DNA of 64,000 nt from an uncultured Coprobacillus sp. (GCA_964583155.1 CAZOUY010000007.1:3260-67259); one strand, 5' to 3'. Positions 9,672 to 20,257 are shown, counted from the stretch's first letter. Numbers and translations are program-made. The notes: generated from the letters alone by a model not told the origin.

Positions 9672-10682
9672 TTATTTAGATAAGGCTTGAAAGACAGAAA
9701 CAGCACAAGCAACTGTTGCACCGACCATCGGGTTGTTGCCCATACCGATCAATCCCATCATCTCAACATGTGCAGGAACCGAAGAGGAACCGGCAAATTG
9801 AGCATCACCATGCATTCTTCCCATCGAATCTGTTAAACCATAGCTTGATGGTCCGGCTGCCATATTATCTGGGTGAAGAGTTCTTCCTGTTCCACCACCG
9901 GAAGCAACCGAGAAATATTTTTTATCATGATCATAGCACCATTTCTTATATGTGCCGGCTACTAAATGTTGGAAACGAGTAGGATTAGTTGAGTTACCGG
10001 TAATGGAAACATCAACCTTTTCATGCTTCATGATAGCCACGCCTTCGATAACATCGTTAGCACCATAGCAAAGAATTTTTGATCTCTCTCCATCAGAAAA
10101 TGCCACTGTTCGCACAATTTTTAAGGTTGAGGTTTGGAAATCATAATCCGTTTCGACATAGGTAAAGCCGTTAATACGGGAAATTATATATGCCGCATCC
10201 TTACCAAGACCATTCAAAATAACTCTTAATGGTTCCTTACGCACCTTATTGGCGGTTCTTGCAATACCGATAGCACCTTCAGCAGCAGCGAAAGATTCAT
10301 GGCCGGCTAAAAAGCAAAAGCACGAAGTTTCCTCACGAAGCAACATCGCGCCTAGATTACCATGACCTAAGCCAACTTCACGTGTTTCTGCGACCGATCC
10401 TGGAATGCAAAAAGCTTGTAAGCCGATACCGATTTTTTCAGAGGCTTCAGCCGCGCTTTGGACATTTTCTTTAATAGCAATAGCGCAACCAAGGGTATAG
10501 GCCCATACCGCGTTTTCAAAAGCGATTGGTTGAATACCCTTCACTATTTTTTCAACATCGACACCTTTGGATAAACAAAGCTCGCGAGTTTCTTCAATAT
10601 TTTTAAAGCCATATTTTTTTAAGCAAGCACCAATCGTAGCTTCACGACGTTCATAATTTTCAAATAAAGCCATTCTTCTCAC
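9672..10682 (-). CDS. GGGtGRT family protein (conserved protein of unknown function)
   Basis: 336 aa containing the eponymous motif ...SVASGGGTGRTLHPDNMAAGPSSYGLTD... Locally elevated GC. Adjacent to, and co-oriented with, an IscU-like gene. Confidence 0.8.
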   Translation of the reverse strand: MRRMALFENYERREATIGACLKKYGFKNIEETRELCLSKGVDVEKIVKGIQPIAFENAVWAYTLGCAIAIKENVQSAAEASEKIGIGLQAFCIPGSVAETREVGLGHGNLGAMLLREETSCFCFLAGHESFAAAEGAIGIARTANKVRKEPLRVILNGLGKDAAYIISRINGFTYVETDYDFQTSTLKIVRTVAFSDGERSKILCYGANDVIEGVAIMKHEKVDVSITGNSTNPTRFQHLVAGTYKKWCYDHDKKYFSVASGGGTGRTLHPDNMAAGPSSYGLTDSMGRMHGDAQFAGSSSVPAHVEMMGLIGMGNNPMVGATVACAVSVFQALSK

Positions 10683-11384
10683 CTACTCTTTCCGCGGGTC
10701 AATATATTTGACCGCTTCATCATATCGACCATATTGTCCTATGCAACTTTCATAAGCTTCTTTAGGATCTTTCCCGGCTTTAATCGCCGCCATCATTTTG
10801 CCTAAATTAACAAAACGATATCCGATAATTTCATTATTTTTATCAAGACCGACGCTCAAAACATAGCCTTCAGCCATTTCCAAATAACGAACACCCTTGA
10901 CTTTCGTACCGAACATGGTGCCGACTTGTGATCGCAATCCTTTACCTAAATCATCAAGTGAGGATCCCACTGGCAAGCCATCTTCAGAAAAAGCAGTTTG
11001 TGTCCGACCATAAACTAATTGCTTAAATATTTCGCGCATTGCAACATTAATGGCGTCACAAACAAGATCAGTATTCAATGCTTCAAGAATAGTCTTTCCT
11101 TGAAGAATTTCAGCCGCCATAGCCGCAGAGTGTGTCATCCCCGAACATCCAATCGTTTCAACCAAGGCTTCTTCAATAATTCCATCCTTAACGTTTAATG
11201 TAAGCTTGCAGGCACCCTGTTGTGGCGCACACCATCCAATACCATGACTTAGACCAGAGATATCTTTAATCTCTTTAGAACGAACCCATCGGCCTTCTTC
11301 AGGAATCGGTGCCGGTCCATGATCGCATCCTTTACGAACACTGCACATTTCATTAACGTCAGCGGTGTAAGTAATTTTACTCAT
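10683..11384 (-). CDS. IscU/NifU-like Fe-S cluster scaffold-domain protein with a C-terminal extension
   Basis: GWCAPQQGACKLTLNVKDGIIEEALVETIGCSGMTHSAAMAAEI matches the IscU three-Cys scaffold pattern, with about 90 extra C-terminal residues. Likely start is MSKITYT (RBS GGAAGGAG). Confidence 0.7.
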   Translation of the reverse strand: MSKITYTADVNEMCSVRKGCDHGPAPIPEEGRWVRSKEIKDISGLSHGIGWCAPQQGACKLTLNVKDGIIEEALVETIGCSGMTHSAAMAAEILQGKTILEALNTDLVCDAINVAMREIFKQLVYGRTQTAFSEDGLPVGSSLDDLGKGLRSQVGTMFGTKVKGVRYLEMAEGYVLSVGLDKNNEIIGYRFVNLGKMMAAIKAGKDPKEAYESCIGQYGRYDEAVKYIDPRKE

Positions 11385-11739
11385 TTTCATTCTCCTTCCA
11401 TCAAAATAGAATAAATCTACCGTTTTCATGATGGCACAACTTGTACATTTTTTCAATAAAAATGTAAAGGGAGATATTTGCATCCATATTAAGTGATGCA
11501 AAACACCAATACGATAAATAAAAGCGTCATTCTTTAATTATCAATTCATGACATAGCAAACATTACATTGCCCAATCGGTGAGTAATGGAAGCGAACGAT
11601 TCGATATAATTGCAGCAATGCAAAATATAGATATGATGAAATGATTATTATTTGAAAGCAAACAAGAAAATGCATGGATATTTTAGTTTACGAAAAATAA
11701 TTAGTAATTTATAATTAGATAATAAACGAGGAAATTCAT

Positions 11740-12273
11740 ATGATTATTTTAGTTGGAGCATCCGCAAGCGGAAAAACAGAAGTGGCAAAATACTTAGGAC
11801 ATTATTATGGCATCAAAAAAGTGGTGACACACACCACTCGTTCCATAAGGAAGAATGAAATTCCCGATGTGGATTATCATTTTGTCGATATGAATACTTT
11901 TTTAAAGCTTAAAGAGAATGATGTTTTTGTAGAAACCACATTCTATAACGGAAACTATTATGGAACAAGCAAATCGGAAATCGGTGATGAAAAATGTCTG
12001 ATTGTCGATCCTAATGGTCTAAAATCCTTTCAACAACTAAATGACAATCATATTGTAACCTTCTGCCTATTAGCGGATGAACAAAAACGCATTGAACGCA
12101 TGAGAACACGCGGAGATAATATATTAGATATTCAAAAAAGAATTGAGGCTGACCGCATTAGCTTTGCCCAATCAAAAATTGAAACGGTTGATTACATTAT
12201 TGATACCAACAATTTATCTTTAAGCGAAGTTGCTGAAAAAATCATAAGCCTTTATCGTCATCATTTAGCATAA
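11740..12273 (+). CDS. guanylate kinase-like P-loop kinase
   Basis: GASASGKTE P-loop and THTTRSIRKNEIPDVDYHFV (the TTR...G.DY.FV guanylate kinase signature). 177 aa. Good RBS GAGGAAA. Confidence 0.65.
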   Translation: MIILVGASASGKTEVAKYLGHYYGIKKVVTHTTRSIRKNEIPDVDYHFVDMNTFLKLKENDVFVETTFYNGNYYGTSKSEIGDEKCLIVDPNGLKSFQQLNDNHIVTFCLLADEQKRIERMRTRGDNILDIQKRIEADRISFAQSKIETVDYIIDTNNLSLSEVAEKIISLYRHHLA

Positions 12274-13492
12274 ATTCTTGCCATTTTTTCCAAAATATCG
12301 GGATAAGATAGCCCTCAATTAAGTATCCATCATCCATCGCTTTAATGGAAGTTAAATACGCTTCCTTCTTCAATCCATAGAGGTTTTGATCATATGGAAG
12401 AAGCATTTTAAATGCTTTCCAATTCTTTGATAGCTTCGTAAATATTAGCTTGATAATGCTATCAAGATCTTCACCACTAAATAGCGATACGAAAAGACTA
12501 TTCTCATCGGGAATAAATGGCCAATTATGAAGATTTTCGCATTTATTATAAATATTAATTGTTGGAATGTCATTTAAGCGGTCAATAATTAAGTACAAAG
12601 AAGATAAGTAACCCTCAAGATGATTGTTAACATCAGTAACATTCACTAGTAAATCCACATCTTTAATTTCCATATAAACCGACCTGTATGCATCATAAAT
12701 ATAACCGGGCGTTATTTGAACAATAAATCCGATAGTGTCCATACAGATAAATGTCGGATAGTCTTTTAGATCTATCTGTTCCTTCATGGTTTGAAGCTTT
12801 TTGGTAAACTTCTTCCCTGATGATTTTTTATTACCTTTTGATTTACTGGATTTAGATATTAAGGTATTGAAAAGAGTTGTTTTACCCGCATATGGATATC
12901 CGATTATCGCAACTACGGGAATATGATAATCGTCAGTTGAAGGTCGTGGTGCTTTTTGCTGTTTTTCCAGTAATGCTGCTAATTCCTTGCGCTTTTGATT
13001 TATGAGATTATCATACTCTTGTAGATTTGCATCAGTTATCTTTTTCGATTCTTCTTCATCATCACTCACAGACGGATAATGATACTCCCAATCAAATATT
13101 CTTTCACGTTGATATTCCAGCTTCGCAATTTCCACCTTTAAAGATGATTCCTTCGAAGTAGCGTGTAAAGAAGCTATTTCCAGAATAATATCGTTAAAAT
13201 CGTAAATCGGCATATCGAATAAATCTAAAAGATTGCGATACTGTATCGGGGAAAGAGTGTCATTTACGACAATAGCATCAATGATTCCCAAGGCCTTAAC
13301 TTCTTCATACACCCGATATATTTGGTCTCTATCAAAATATGACTTATTATTGATAAATGACATTTCCTGAGTGTAATTATGGATAACATCCATCTTCAAC
13401 ATGGCAACTATCTTATTTATTCTTTCATCAGTTCTTAGCGTAGCACTAAAACCTTCTTTTGGATTAAAGGCAGTTAATACAACAACATTCAT
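12242..13492 (-). CDS. hflX: GTPase HflX
   Basis: HflX-N domain (LSPIQYRNLLDLF...KVEIAKLEYQRERI) and G-domain motifs G1 GYPYAGKTTL, G3 DTIGFI, G4 NKCE. 416 aa. Confidence 0.85.
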   Translation of the reverse strand: MNVVVLTAFNPKEGFSATLRTDERINKIVAMLKMDVIHNYTQEMSFINNKSYFDRDQIYRVYEEVKALGIIDAIVVNDTLSPIQYRNLLDLFDMPIYDFNDIILEIASLHATSKESSLKVEIAKLEYQRERIFDWEYHYPSVSDDEEESKKITDANLQEYDNLINQKRKELAALLEKQQKAPRPSTDDYHIPVVAIIGYPYAGKTTLFNTLISKSSKSKGNKKSSGKKFTKKLQTMKEQIDLKDYPTFICMDTIGFIVQITPGYIYDAYRSVYMEIKDVDLLVNVTDVNNHLEGYLSSLYLIIDRLNDIPTINIYNKCENLHNWPFIPDENSLFVSLFSGEDLDSIIKLIFTKLSKNWKAFKMLLPYDQNLYGLKKEAYLTSIKAMDDGYLIEGYLIPIFWKKWQEFMLNDDDKGL

Positions 13493-13522
13493 AATGCACT
13501 CACCTTTTAGATTATAGCATAT

Positions 13523-13969
13523 TTAAGTTACGATGTCTTCTACTCCGGCCGGCGATGTGCTCTTTAATAAAGCAATATATCTAATTATTAATGCGATTAT
13601 GATCAAAATAAGCGAAATTAAAAATGCTAGATTTTCATCTGTCGGATTATTCTTATACTCAAGCCATCCACGATAAGCAAAATATGAAGTCGCAATAAGA
13701 ACTAACAAAACAGCAATCTCGGCATCTTTCATAATGCTTTGTGCCGTGGCTTGATTGCCCTGTCCACGTATTATTTTTATTCTTTTTATAATAAGCGCGA
13801 TACCTAAGATATTGGCGATAATGATAAGACATAAGAAAAAAATGTCAAGATGAAGACGCCGTAACGCCTCTTCATCAATAGCGTTTTCGGTATTGATATA
13901 TCCATCATTTTGATAACCATCACTATAATTACAATAATCTCCACCTTGATTATACATATATTGCCTCAA
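13523..13969 (-). CDS. hypothetical membrane protein
   Basis: 148 aa with a Tyr/Asn/Gly-rich N-terminus followed by 3 TM segments. Confidence 0.45.
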   Translation of the reverse strand: MRQYMYNQGGDYCNYSDGYQNDGYINTENAIDEEALRRLHLDIFFLCLIIIANILGIALIIKRIKIIRGQGNQATAQSIMKDAEIAVLLVLIATSYFAYRGWLEYKNNPTDENLAFLISLILIIIALIIRYIALLKSTSPAGVEDIVT

Positions 13970-13995
13970 CTAATCATATGAAGATGACAAATATA

Positions 13996-15573
13996 TTATG
14001 ATTTATACAAAGTATCTAAAAATTCATCATACCCCATTTTCCGATCAATCACTTGATTTCCATCAATATATATAATGCGATTAACTACTGTACTTAATAT
14101 TTCATGATCATGCGTCGTTAATAATAAGACACCCTTATAGTTTATCAAGCCTTTATTTAAAGCGGTGATAGCCTCCAAATCAAGATGATTAGTCGGTTCA
14201 TCTAAAAGCAAAACATTTCCGGATGTCAACATGCAACGTGCCATCATACACCGAACCTTTTCGCCACCGGAAAGGACATTGACGCTTTTTAAGGCTTCCT
14301 CGCCAGAAAAAAGCATTCTGCCCAGCCAGCCTCTGATATATGATTCATGCTGATCTTGTGAAAATGGTCTAAGCCAATCCACTAAGCTCTCATTTCCTTG
14401 GAAATATGATGAAGAGTCTTGAGGAAGATATGTCGGAGTAACCGTGATTCCAAATTTAAAATGACCTTGATCGGCCGTTTCTTGCCCCATTAATATTTTA
14501 AAGAGGGTGGTAATAACCAAGCTATTTTTACAGATAAAGGCCACTTTATCGCCACGATTTAGAGTAAAACTCAAATTCTCAAAAAGGCCCTTTTTAGTCA
14601 AATTGATAACTTCTAAAACATCTTGTCCTAATTCCCTTTCAAATTTAAAGTCAATAAACGGATAGCGTCTTGATGAAGGTTGAATATCCTCGAGATTAAT
14701 TTTTTCCAATTCCTTTTTACGAGATGTGGCTTGCTTTGATTTAGCGGCGTTGGCAGCAAAGCGAGTGATAAACGCCTCTAATTCTTTAATTCGCGCTTCT
14801 TTCTTGGCATTTGTGTCTTTAGCTTGCTTTAGCAGTAGCTGTGATGATTCATACCAAAAATCATAATTACCAACATACATCGAAATCTTACCAAAATCGA
14901 TATCTAAAATTCGGGTGCAAACTTTATTTAAAAAATGACGGTCATGGCTAACAATAATGACAGTATTATCAAAATTATATAAAAAGTTTTCAAGCCATAT
15001 GGTGCTTAGGGCATCCAAATTATTTGTAGGCTCATCTAACAACAAAATATCCGGATTTCCAAACAAAGCCTGCGCTAAAAGGACTTTAACCTTTATTTTA
15101 CTATCTAAATTTTCCATTAACTGATCTTGGAGTTCATCATAAACTCCTAAAGCATTTAATAAAGTTCGGGCATTGCTTTCGGCTTCATATCCATCCATAT
15201 CCGCAAATTCCATTTCTAGCTCGGCGGCCCTAATGCCATCTTCCTCATTAAAATCCGGTTTAGCGTATAAAGCATCTTTTTCTTTCTGAACAGCAATTAA
15301 GCGTGGATAGCCTTCCAAAACGGTATCCACCGCTGAAAGATGATCGTAAGCATTTTGATTCTGTTTAAGAATAGATAAACGTTCATTATTGGAAACAATA
15401 ACTTCGCCCTTATTAGGCTCCAATTCACCAGATAAAACCTTTAAAAACGTTGATTTCCCGGCTCCATTAGCACCGATAATACCATAGCAATGGCCCTTTT
15501 GAAAGGTCAAATTAACTTCTTTAAAAAGCGTGCGTCCACCAAATTGTATGGTCACATTACGTACTTCTAGCAT
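13996..15573 (-). CDS. ABC-F family ATPase (tandem ABC domains, no TMD)
   Basis: Two NBDs: GANGAGKSTFL ... LLLDEPTNNLD and LSGGEKVRCMMA ... LLLDEPTNHLD, with an inter-domain linker. 525 aa, typical of housekeeping ABC-F translation factors. Confidence 0.85.
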   Translation of the reverse strand: MLEVRNVTIQFGGRTLFKEVNLTFQKGHCYGIIGANGAGKSTFLKVLSGELEPNKGEVIVSNNERLSILKQNQNAYDHLSAVDTVLEGYPRLIAVQKEKDALYAKPDFNEEDGIRAAELEMEFADMDGYEAESNARTLLNALGVYDELQDQLMENLDSKIKVKVLLAQALFGNPDILLLDEPTNNLDALSTIWLENFLYNFDNTVIIVSHDRHFLNKVCTRILDIDFGKISMYVGNYDFWYESSQLLLKQAKDTNAKKEARIKELEAFITRFAANAAKSKQATSRKKELEKINLEDIQPSSRRYPFIDFKFERELGQDVLEVINLTKKGLFENLSFTLNRGDKVAFICKNSLVITTLFKILMGQETADQGHFKFGITVTPTYLPQDSSSYFQGNESLVDWLRPFSQDQHESYIRGWLGRMLFSGEEALKSVNVLSGGEKVRCMMARCMLTSGNVLLLDEPTNHLDLEAITALNKGLINYKGVLLLTTHDHEILSTVVNRIIYIDGNQVIDRKMGYDEFLDTLYKS

Positions 15574-15574
15574 C

Positions 15575-16489
15575 TTATTCCGTTACCTCTTTATTCTCTA
15601 TAATTTTCATGGTTTCTTCCATCAAGCGATCGACATTTTGAAAAACGTGTTTTGGAAGCTTCCTTTTCTTAGGAAAGCCTCGCCACTCACCAAGACCACG
15701 GGGCCCTAAAACCGTTCCATTTTCAAAATGATCACAGCATACTAAATTAACAATACCGAGCGAAGCCTTTTGTGGTGAATGCGTAAAAAGAGGCAAAACC
15801 GAATGTGCTAAAGACATAAACCATTTCGGAAAACGGGTATCCGATGAAGAAAAAATATTAGTAGAAGCTACTCCCGGATGCATTAGATAAACTCTAAGCT
15901 TTGTTTTCTTCTGATAAGCTAAAAATAATTTAGCAACACATATCTTCGAAATCCCGTAGCTTTTATTTGTGCTCTTTCCCTCTTGTGTTAAAAATTTATA
16001 ATCCTTGATTTTGTGAAATTTATATGTCAATGAAGAAACAAAGATAATTTTTCCTTGTGCATTTTTCTCTAAAAAAGGTAAGATCCTTTCCAAAAAATAA
16101 AACGCTCCTAAATAGTTTGTCCCAATCGTCAATGGAAATCCATCAGCGGTAAATTGATTAGGAGCAGGATGATAAATTCCCGCATTAAGAATCGTAGCGT
16201 CGATATAATCGTATTTCTCTTTAATTTGTGAAACAAATCGATCTATACTCGCAAAGGATGCCTGATCATATTGAAATACTGTTATCTTAGCAGAGGGAAA
16301 AAGCTTCAATATAGCTTCCTTTGCTTTTTCAGCTTTCACCAAATTGCGGCAAGCAAAAATCAATTCTGCCCCCTTAGAGACTAAAATCTTGGCGGCCTCA
16401 AAACCGATGCCACTATTAGCCCCGGTTATTAAAACTCTTTTATGTGAACAAAGAGGTATATTCTTTTCAATATATTTACTAATTTTCAT
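15575..16489 (-). CDS. SDR family oxidoreductase
   Basis: TGANSGIG Rossmann motif. Confidence 0.8.
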   Translation of the reverse strand: MKISKYIEKNIPLCSHKRVLITGANSGIGFEAAKILVSKGAELIFACRNLVKAEKAKEAILKLFPSAKITVFQYDQASFASIDRFVSQIKEKYDYIDATILNAGIYHPAPNQFTADGFPLTIGTNYLGAFYFLERILPFLEKNAQGKIIFVSSLTYKFHKIKDYKFLTQEGKSTNKSYGISKICVAKLFLAYQKKTKLRVYLMHPGVASTNIFSSSDTRFPKWFMSLAHSVLPLFTHSPQKASLGIVNLVCCDHFENGTVLGPRGLGEWRGFPKKRKLPKHVFQNVDRLMEETMKIIENKEVTE

Positions 16490-17939
16490 TACAATAATCG
16501 CGATTCCCTTTCAAACTTCTTTCATACCATTTTACCCTATGAAAAAGAGAAAAAGCAACCACCCCTCTTATAATTTCGACAACTCGCTCTCCTAAAAAGA
16601 TGAGCATAATTAAATTTGGAGTCAAAGATAATGCCGAAAGTAAATCGCTGAAGAACTGATTTTGCAAAAATAAATTATTATTAATGAAGACGAAGATCAC
16701 TACTAATGGCACTTTAATCAAATAGGCAGGTAAGATATTAATCCATAAATTACTTTTCGTATATCCGCTAGAGCGCAAAATAAACATGATGTTCTGAGAA
16801 TAAAAAAGTAAAGGCATCGTAAAAGTTTGCAATAGAAATACTTGTACAAAAAATATATTTTTCTCGGTTATCGATTGATAAATAGGTAGAAAAACCAACA
16901 TCATCAGTGAGAGACCAAGCGAAAAAACAATTATGTAACTCAATAGGTACCGCCCATTATTTTTAGCCTCCTCCACCTTATTTTGACCAATCGGTTCACC
17001 AATAAAGATCGCGGTGGCTGTCCCCATCCCACCAATAATAGCGTAGCAAACATCAACTACTTGTTGTGTAAAAGTAATTGCCGAAATTTCCTTTATGGAT
17101 GCCTGTTGGATTTTGGCATAGGCCATAAACATCATGATCGTCAACGCCTCTTGTAGAAGCTGCGATAAAAAGACCGGCCATCCCTTATGAAAAATGTTTT
17201 TCATCATTTCGCGATAGTGTTTCGTCGTCATGAATCCGTTCACAACAGTATTTTGACGATGGTAGGCGATAAGCAATATCCCCATTTCTATTATTCTCGT
17301 AATTAAAAAGGACCACGCCACCCCGATCGTTCCTAAGGAAGTAAAATATAGAAAACAAGACGAAAGTCCCGCATGAAAGACAAACGATATTCCCGTCGCC
17401 AAAAGAGGTATCTTAGTCATTTTAAGATTGCGGAGCATGTAAGTTATACCGTGCGTTATCGAAAGTGGTATCAAAGAAAAAATGATAATCAAATAAAAGC
17501 GCTCACTATGCGCCATATAATCGCTATCAACATTATGATATTTATAAAACGCTTGAACAATTTGATGTCTAAAAATCACTCCTAAGATCACAAAAAGAAA
17601 CGCAAAAAGCATTGAAAAAATAATATTGGCTTTAGCTGTTTCTTTCATTTTCTGTTCTTCTTTAGCACCATTATATTGGGCAAAAAACAAAGAACAGGTA
17701 ATTGAAATCGCCATTAATAAAGCGTTCATGGAAATAAAAAAACGATTTCCTATTTGAATAGACAATAAAACTTCCGAAGCATCCATTCCTAAACTATTTT
17801 TGGCCCAATTCCCAATAAGTAAGGTTTGCAAAAAGGCCATTCCCGTCGATAATAACTGCTGCAAGGCAATGGGAAAGACTAGCTGTATTAATTCTTTATA
17901 AAATTTTATAGGGGCAAAAAATTTTTTTCTAATAACCAT
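16479..17939 (-). CDS. MOP-superfamily polytopic transporter, likely MATE efflux family
   Basis: 486 aa with about 12 TM segments and an internal repeat architecture. Adjacent to an AraC-type regulator. Confidence 0.55.
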   Translation of the reverse strand: MVIRKKFFAPIKFYKELIQLVFPIALQQLLSTGMAFLQTLLIGNWAKNSLGMDASEVLLSIQIGNRFFISMNALLMAISITCSLFFAQYNGAKEEQKMKETAKANIIFSMLFAFLFVILGVIFRHQIVQAFYKYHNVDSDYMAHSERFYLIIIFSLIPLSITHGITYMLRNLKMTKIPLLATGISFVFHAGLSSCFLYFTSLGTIGVAWSFLITRIIEMGILLIAYHRQNTVVNGFMTTKHYREMMKNIFHKGWPVFLSQLLQEALTIMMFMAYAKIQQASIKEISAITFTQQVVDVCYAIIGGMGTATAIFIGEPIGQNKVEEAKNNGRYLLSYIIVFSLGLSLMMLVFLPIYQSITEKNIFFVQVFLLQTFTMPLLFYSQNIMFILRSSGYTKSNLWINILPAYLIKVPLVVIFVFINNNLFLQNQFFSDLLSALSLTPNLIMLIFLGERVVEIIRGVVAFSLFHRVKWYERSLKGNRDYCNEN

Positions 17940-18028
17940 AATGTATATTCACCTACATATATTATGGTTAATCTGCTTCAATTTAAAAAAAAGATCATAA
18001 GATTAAATCTTATGATCCTAACACCTCT

Positions 18029-18793
18029 TTATTCAGAATACTGAAGCGGTGAACATCCACATGCCGTTTTGAAAGTTTTAGAAAAACTATAAATACTTGA
18101 AAAGCCTGTTAATCGTGCCACATCAGTAACAGATACCAAGCCACTGAGTAATAATTCCTTAGCTTTCTCCATGCGTAAATTTTGCACGTATTTCATCGGT
18201 GAAACATGAAAGGCAGATGTGAAAATCTTTCTGAAGTAGACAACACTTATTCCCGATTGTTTAGCAATAGCCTCATTTGAAATTTCGTGATCTGTAAAAT
18301 GATTCTCAATATAGCGAAGAGATGGCTGAATGATATCAAGATGCTTATTTTCTATCATCGCCTTATCTTGAACATTGGATAGATCCCTTAAAATGTGATA
18401 GAATTTCTCCAAACAATAGGGGACATAGCCCGTAACCTTCTTACTCCACGTTTGCTCCATTTCGACAATCGTATTTTTTAGATCCAAAGGATCAGCAACC
18501 GCAAAAACATCAGGCCGCACGAGTGAAATATCATTTGATAAGAATTCTATCATTATACATTCACTATCCTTTTCAGCGACGATCTTGTAAATAGATCCCT
18601 GTGGAAGCAATCCGATATTGCCGAATTGCACGTGTCTTTTGCGGCGCCCTTGCTGTAAAACGATCGTTCCTTTAAGACTGAATACAAGAATATTCACCTT
18701 TCGCCGAACGTGCTTTGCAACGGTTTCTTCATCGAAGGCAATTCGATAAATGCCGGCAATTTTTTGTGTGGTTATATGAGAGAGTTGAAACAT
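18029..18793 (-). CDS. AraC family transcriptional regulator
   Basis: C-terminal double HTH (EAIAKQSGISVVYFRKIF...VTDVARLTGFSSIYSFSKTFK). The N-terminus is a cupin-like sensing domain. Confidence 0.8.
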   Translation of the reverse strand: MFQLSHITTQKIAGIYRIAFDEETVAKHVRRKVNILVFSLKGTIVLQQGRRKRHVQFGNIGLLPQGSIYKIVAEKDSECIMIEFLSNDISLVRPDVFAVADPLDLKNTIVEMEQTWSKKVTGYVPYCLEKFYHILRDLSNVQDKAMIENKHLDIIQPSLRYIENHFTDHEISNEAIAKQSGISVVYFRKIFTSAFHVSPMKYVQNLRMEKAKELLLSGLVSVTDVARLTGFSSIYSFSKTFKTACGCSPLQYSE

Positions 18794-18961
18794 GAAAAAT
18801 ACCTCCTTTTATTTCATTATTAACCAAATTTAAGTATATCATTTTTCTTAAAGATAGTTATAAAGAATTATAAAAAGTATAATTCTTTCCAAATTTAAAA
18901 CAATGTCATTTTTATTGCAAAAAACATTGTTATTTTTATATCTTTTATATTTTTTAGTCGA

Positions 18962-20257
18962 TTACTCCTCGACATCTTCATTTTCTACTTCAACTTTAAT
19001 CTTTTCGACCGTAAATTCTTCCGCTTCTAAAACGGTCACCGTAAGATTCGCAAAATCGAAGGTGTCGCCTTTGCGAGCAAAACGTTCCAAAACCTCGGTA
19101 ACCCATCCTCCAACAGTGGTATATTCCGTTTCAAAATCCTTTTCATACCCAACCAAATCAAAGAAGTCATCGATATTCATCGATCCGTCGACAATATATA
19201 CTCCCTCACCTTTTTCACGGTAATCATTTTCAACACGATCGCTTTCATCCCATATATCGCCAACTAATTCTTCCACGATGTCTTCCATCGTGATAATTCC
19301 CATCGTTCCTCCAAATTCATCCTTGATAATCGCGAGATGCTGGTGGTTGTCTTTCATATCGCTTAATAAAGAAGAAATCGATTTTGATTTATGAACAAAC
19401 ATCGGTTCTGTCATTATTGCGGAAATATTTATTTTATTGCCCCTTAAATGCTCTTTTAAGAGTGTTTTAGTAGAAATAATGCCGATGATGTTATCGATTG
19501 ATTCTTCGTATACAGGAATGCGTGAATGCAAAAACAATTCATGATCGGTAATTAGGCTTTCGATATCATCTTCGATATCAAAGGCAAAGACATCGACGCG
19601 TGGAGTCATGATTTCAAATGCGGCCGTTTCTTTAAAATCGATCGCGGATTTCAATAATTCTCCTTGTTTTTCATCAATAATTCCTTCTTCTTCAATTGTA
19701 TCGACTATTTCCAAAAGCTCTTCATCAGTAACCGAGGGCTCATTGTCTTTCTTTTTGGGAAAGACTAAAAGAATGACTTTTATTAATCCAGAAACGAGCA
19801 AGGTTACCGGATAAAATAAATACTTACATATTTGAATAGGCCATGAGAAAAGAGTGGCCAATTTATATGAGGAGGAAGTCCCTAGATTTTTAGGAATAAC
19901 CTCACCAAAGATAATCAAGAAAATCAAGACAATTACGGAAGAAATAGTGGAAGCTTCTTCATTTGTAATATGCGAGTTATTTTCAAAAATGGCGATACAT
20001 AAAATAGTCGCTAAGGAAGAGCATGCGATATTAACTAGGTTATTGCCAAACAAAATCGCTGTAATGGTTCGATCAAAGTCCTCAGTTAATTTAAGCGCTC
20101 TTTTCGCTCTTTTGCTTCCTGATTCACTATCTTTTTTGAGCTTCAATTTATTGACTACAGTATAGGCTAATTCGGAGCTTGAGAAAAACGCCGATAATAA
20201 TAAGCCGACAATCAAAGCTAATATTTGAAAGCCGTATTTAGCAAGAAATTCTTTCAT
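18962..20257 (-). CDS. CNNM/TlyC (HlyC/CorC) family membrane protein with DUF21, tandem CBS and CorC_HlyC domains
   Basis: 431 aa. N-terminal 4-TM DUF21, a CBS pair, and a C-terminal transporter-associated domain. Confidence 0.85.
   Translation of the reverse strand: MKEFLAKYGFQILALIVGLLLSAFFSSSELAYTVVNKLKLKKDSESGSKRAKRALKLTEDFDRTITAILFGNNLVNIACSSLATILCIAIFENNSHITNEEASTISSVIVLIFLIIFGEVIPKNLGTSSSYKLATLFSWPIQICKYLFYPVTLLVSGLIKVILLVFPKKKDNEPSVTDEELLEIVDTIEEEGIIDEKQGELLKSAIDFKETAAFEIMTPRVDVFAFDIEDDIESLITDHELFLHSRIPVYEESIDNIIGIISTKTLLKEHLRGNKINISAIMTEPMFVHKSKSISSLLSDMKDNHQHLAIIKDEFGGTMGIITMEDIVEELVGDIWDESDRVENDYREKGEGVYIVDGSMNIDDFFDLVGYEKDFETEYTTVGGWVTEVLERFARKGDTFDFANLTVTVLEAEEFTVEKIKVEVENEDVEE

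Noticed and set aside
9672-11384. Elevated GC of the GGGtGRT/IscU-like pair as a sign of horizontal acquisition.
   Set aside because: Enolase, the P-type ATPases and FeoB in the same window show similarly elevated GC. The pattern tracks highly conserved, Gly/Ala-rich proteins rather than a foreign island.
16479-17939. Possible Wzx/MurJ-type flippase instead of a MATE efflux pump.
   Set aside because: The two cannot be distinguished by eye. The adjacent AraC regulator and lack of glycosyltransferase neighbours favour MATE, but the call is kept generic (MOP superfamily) with reduced confidence.
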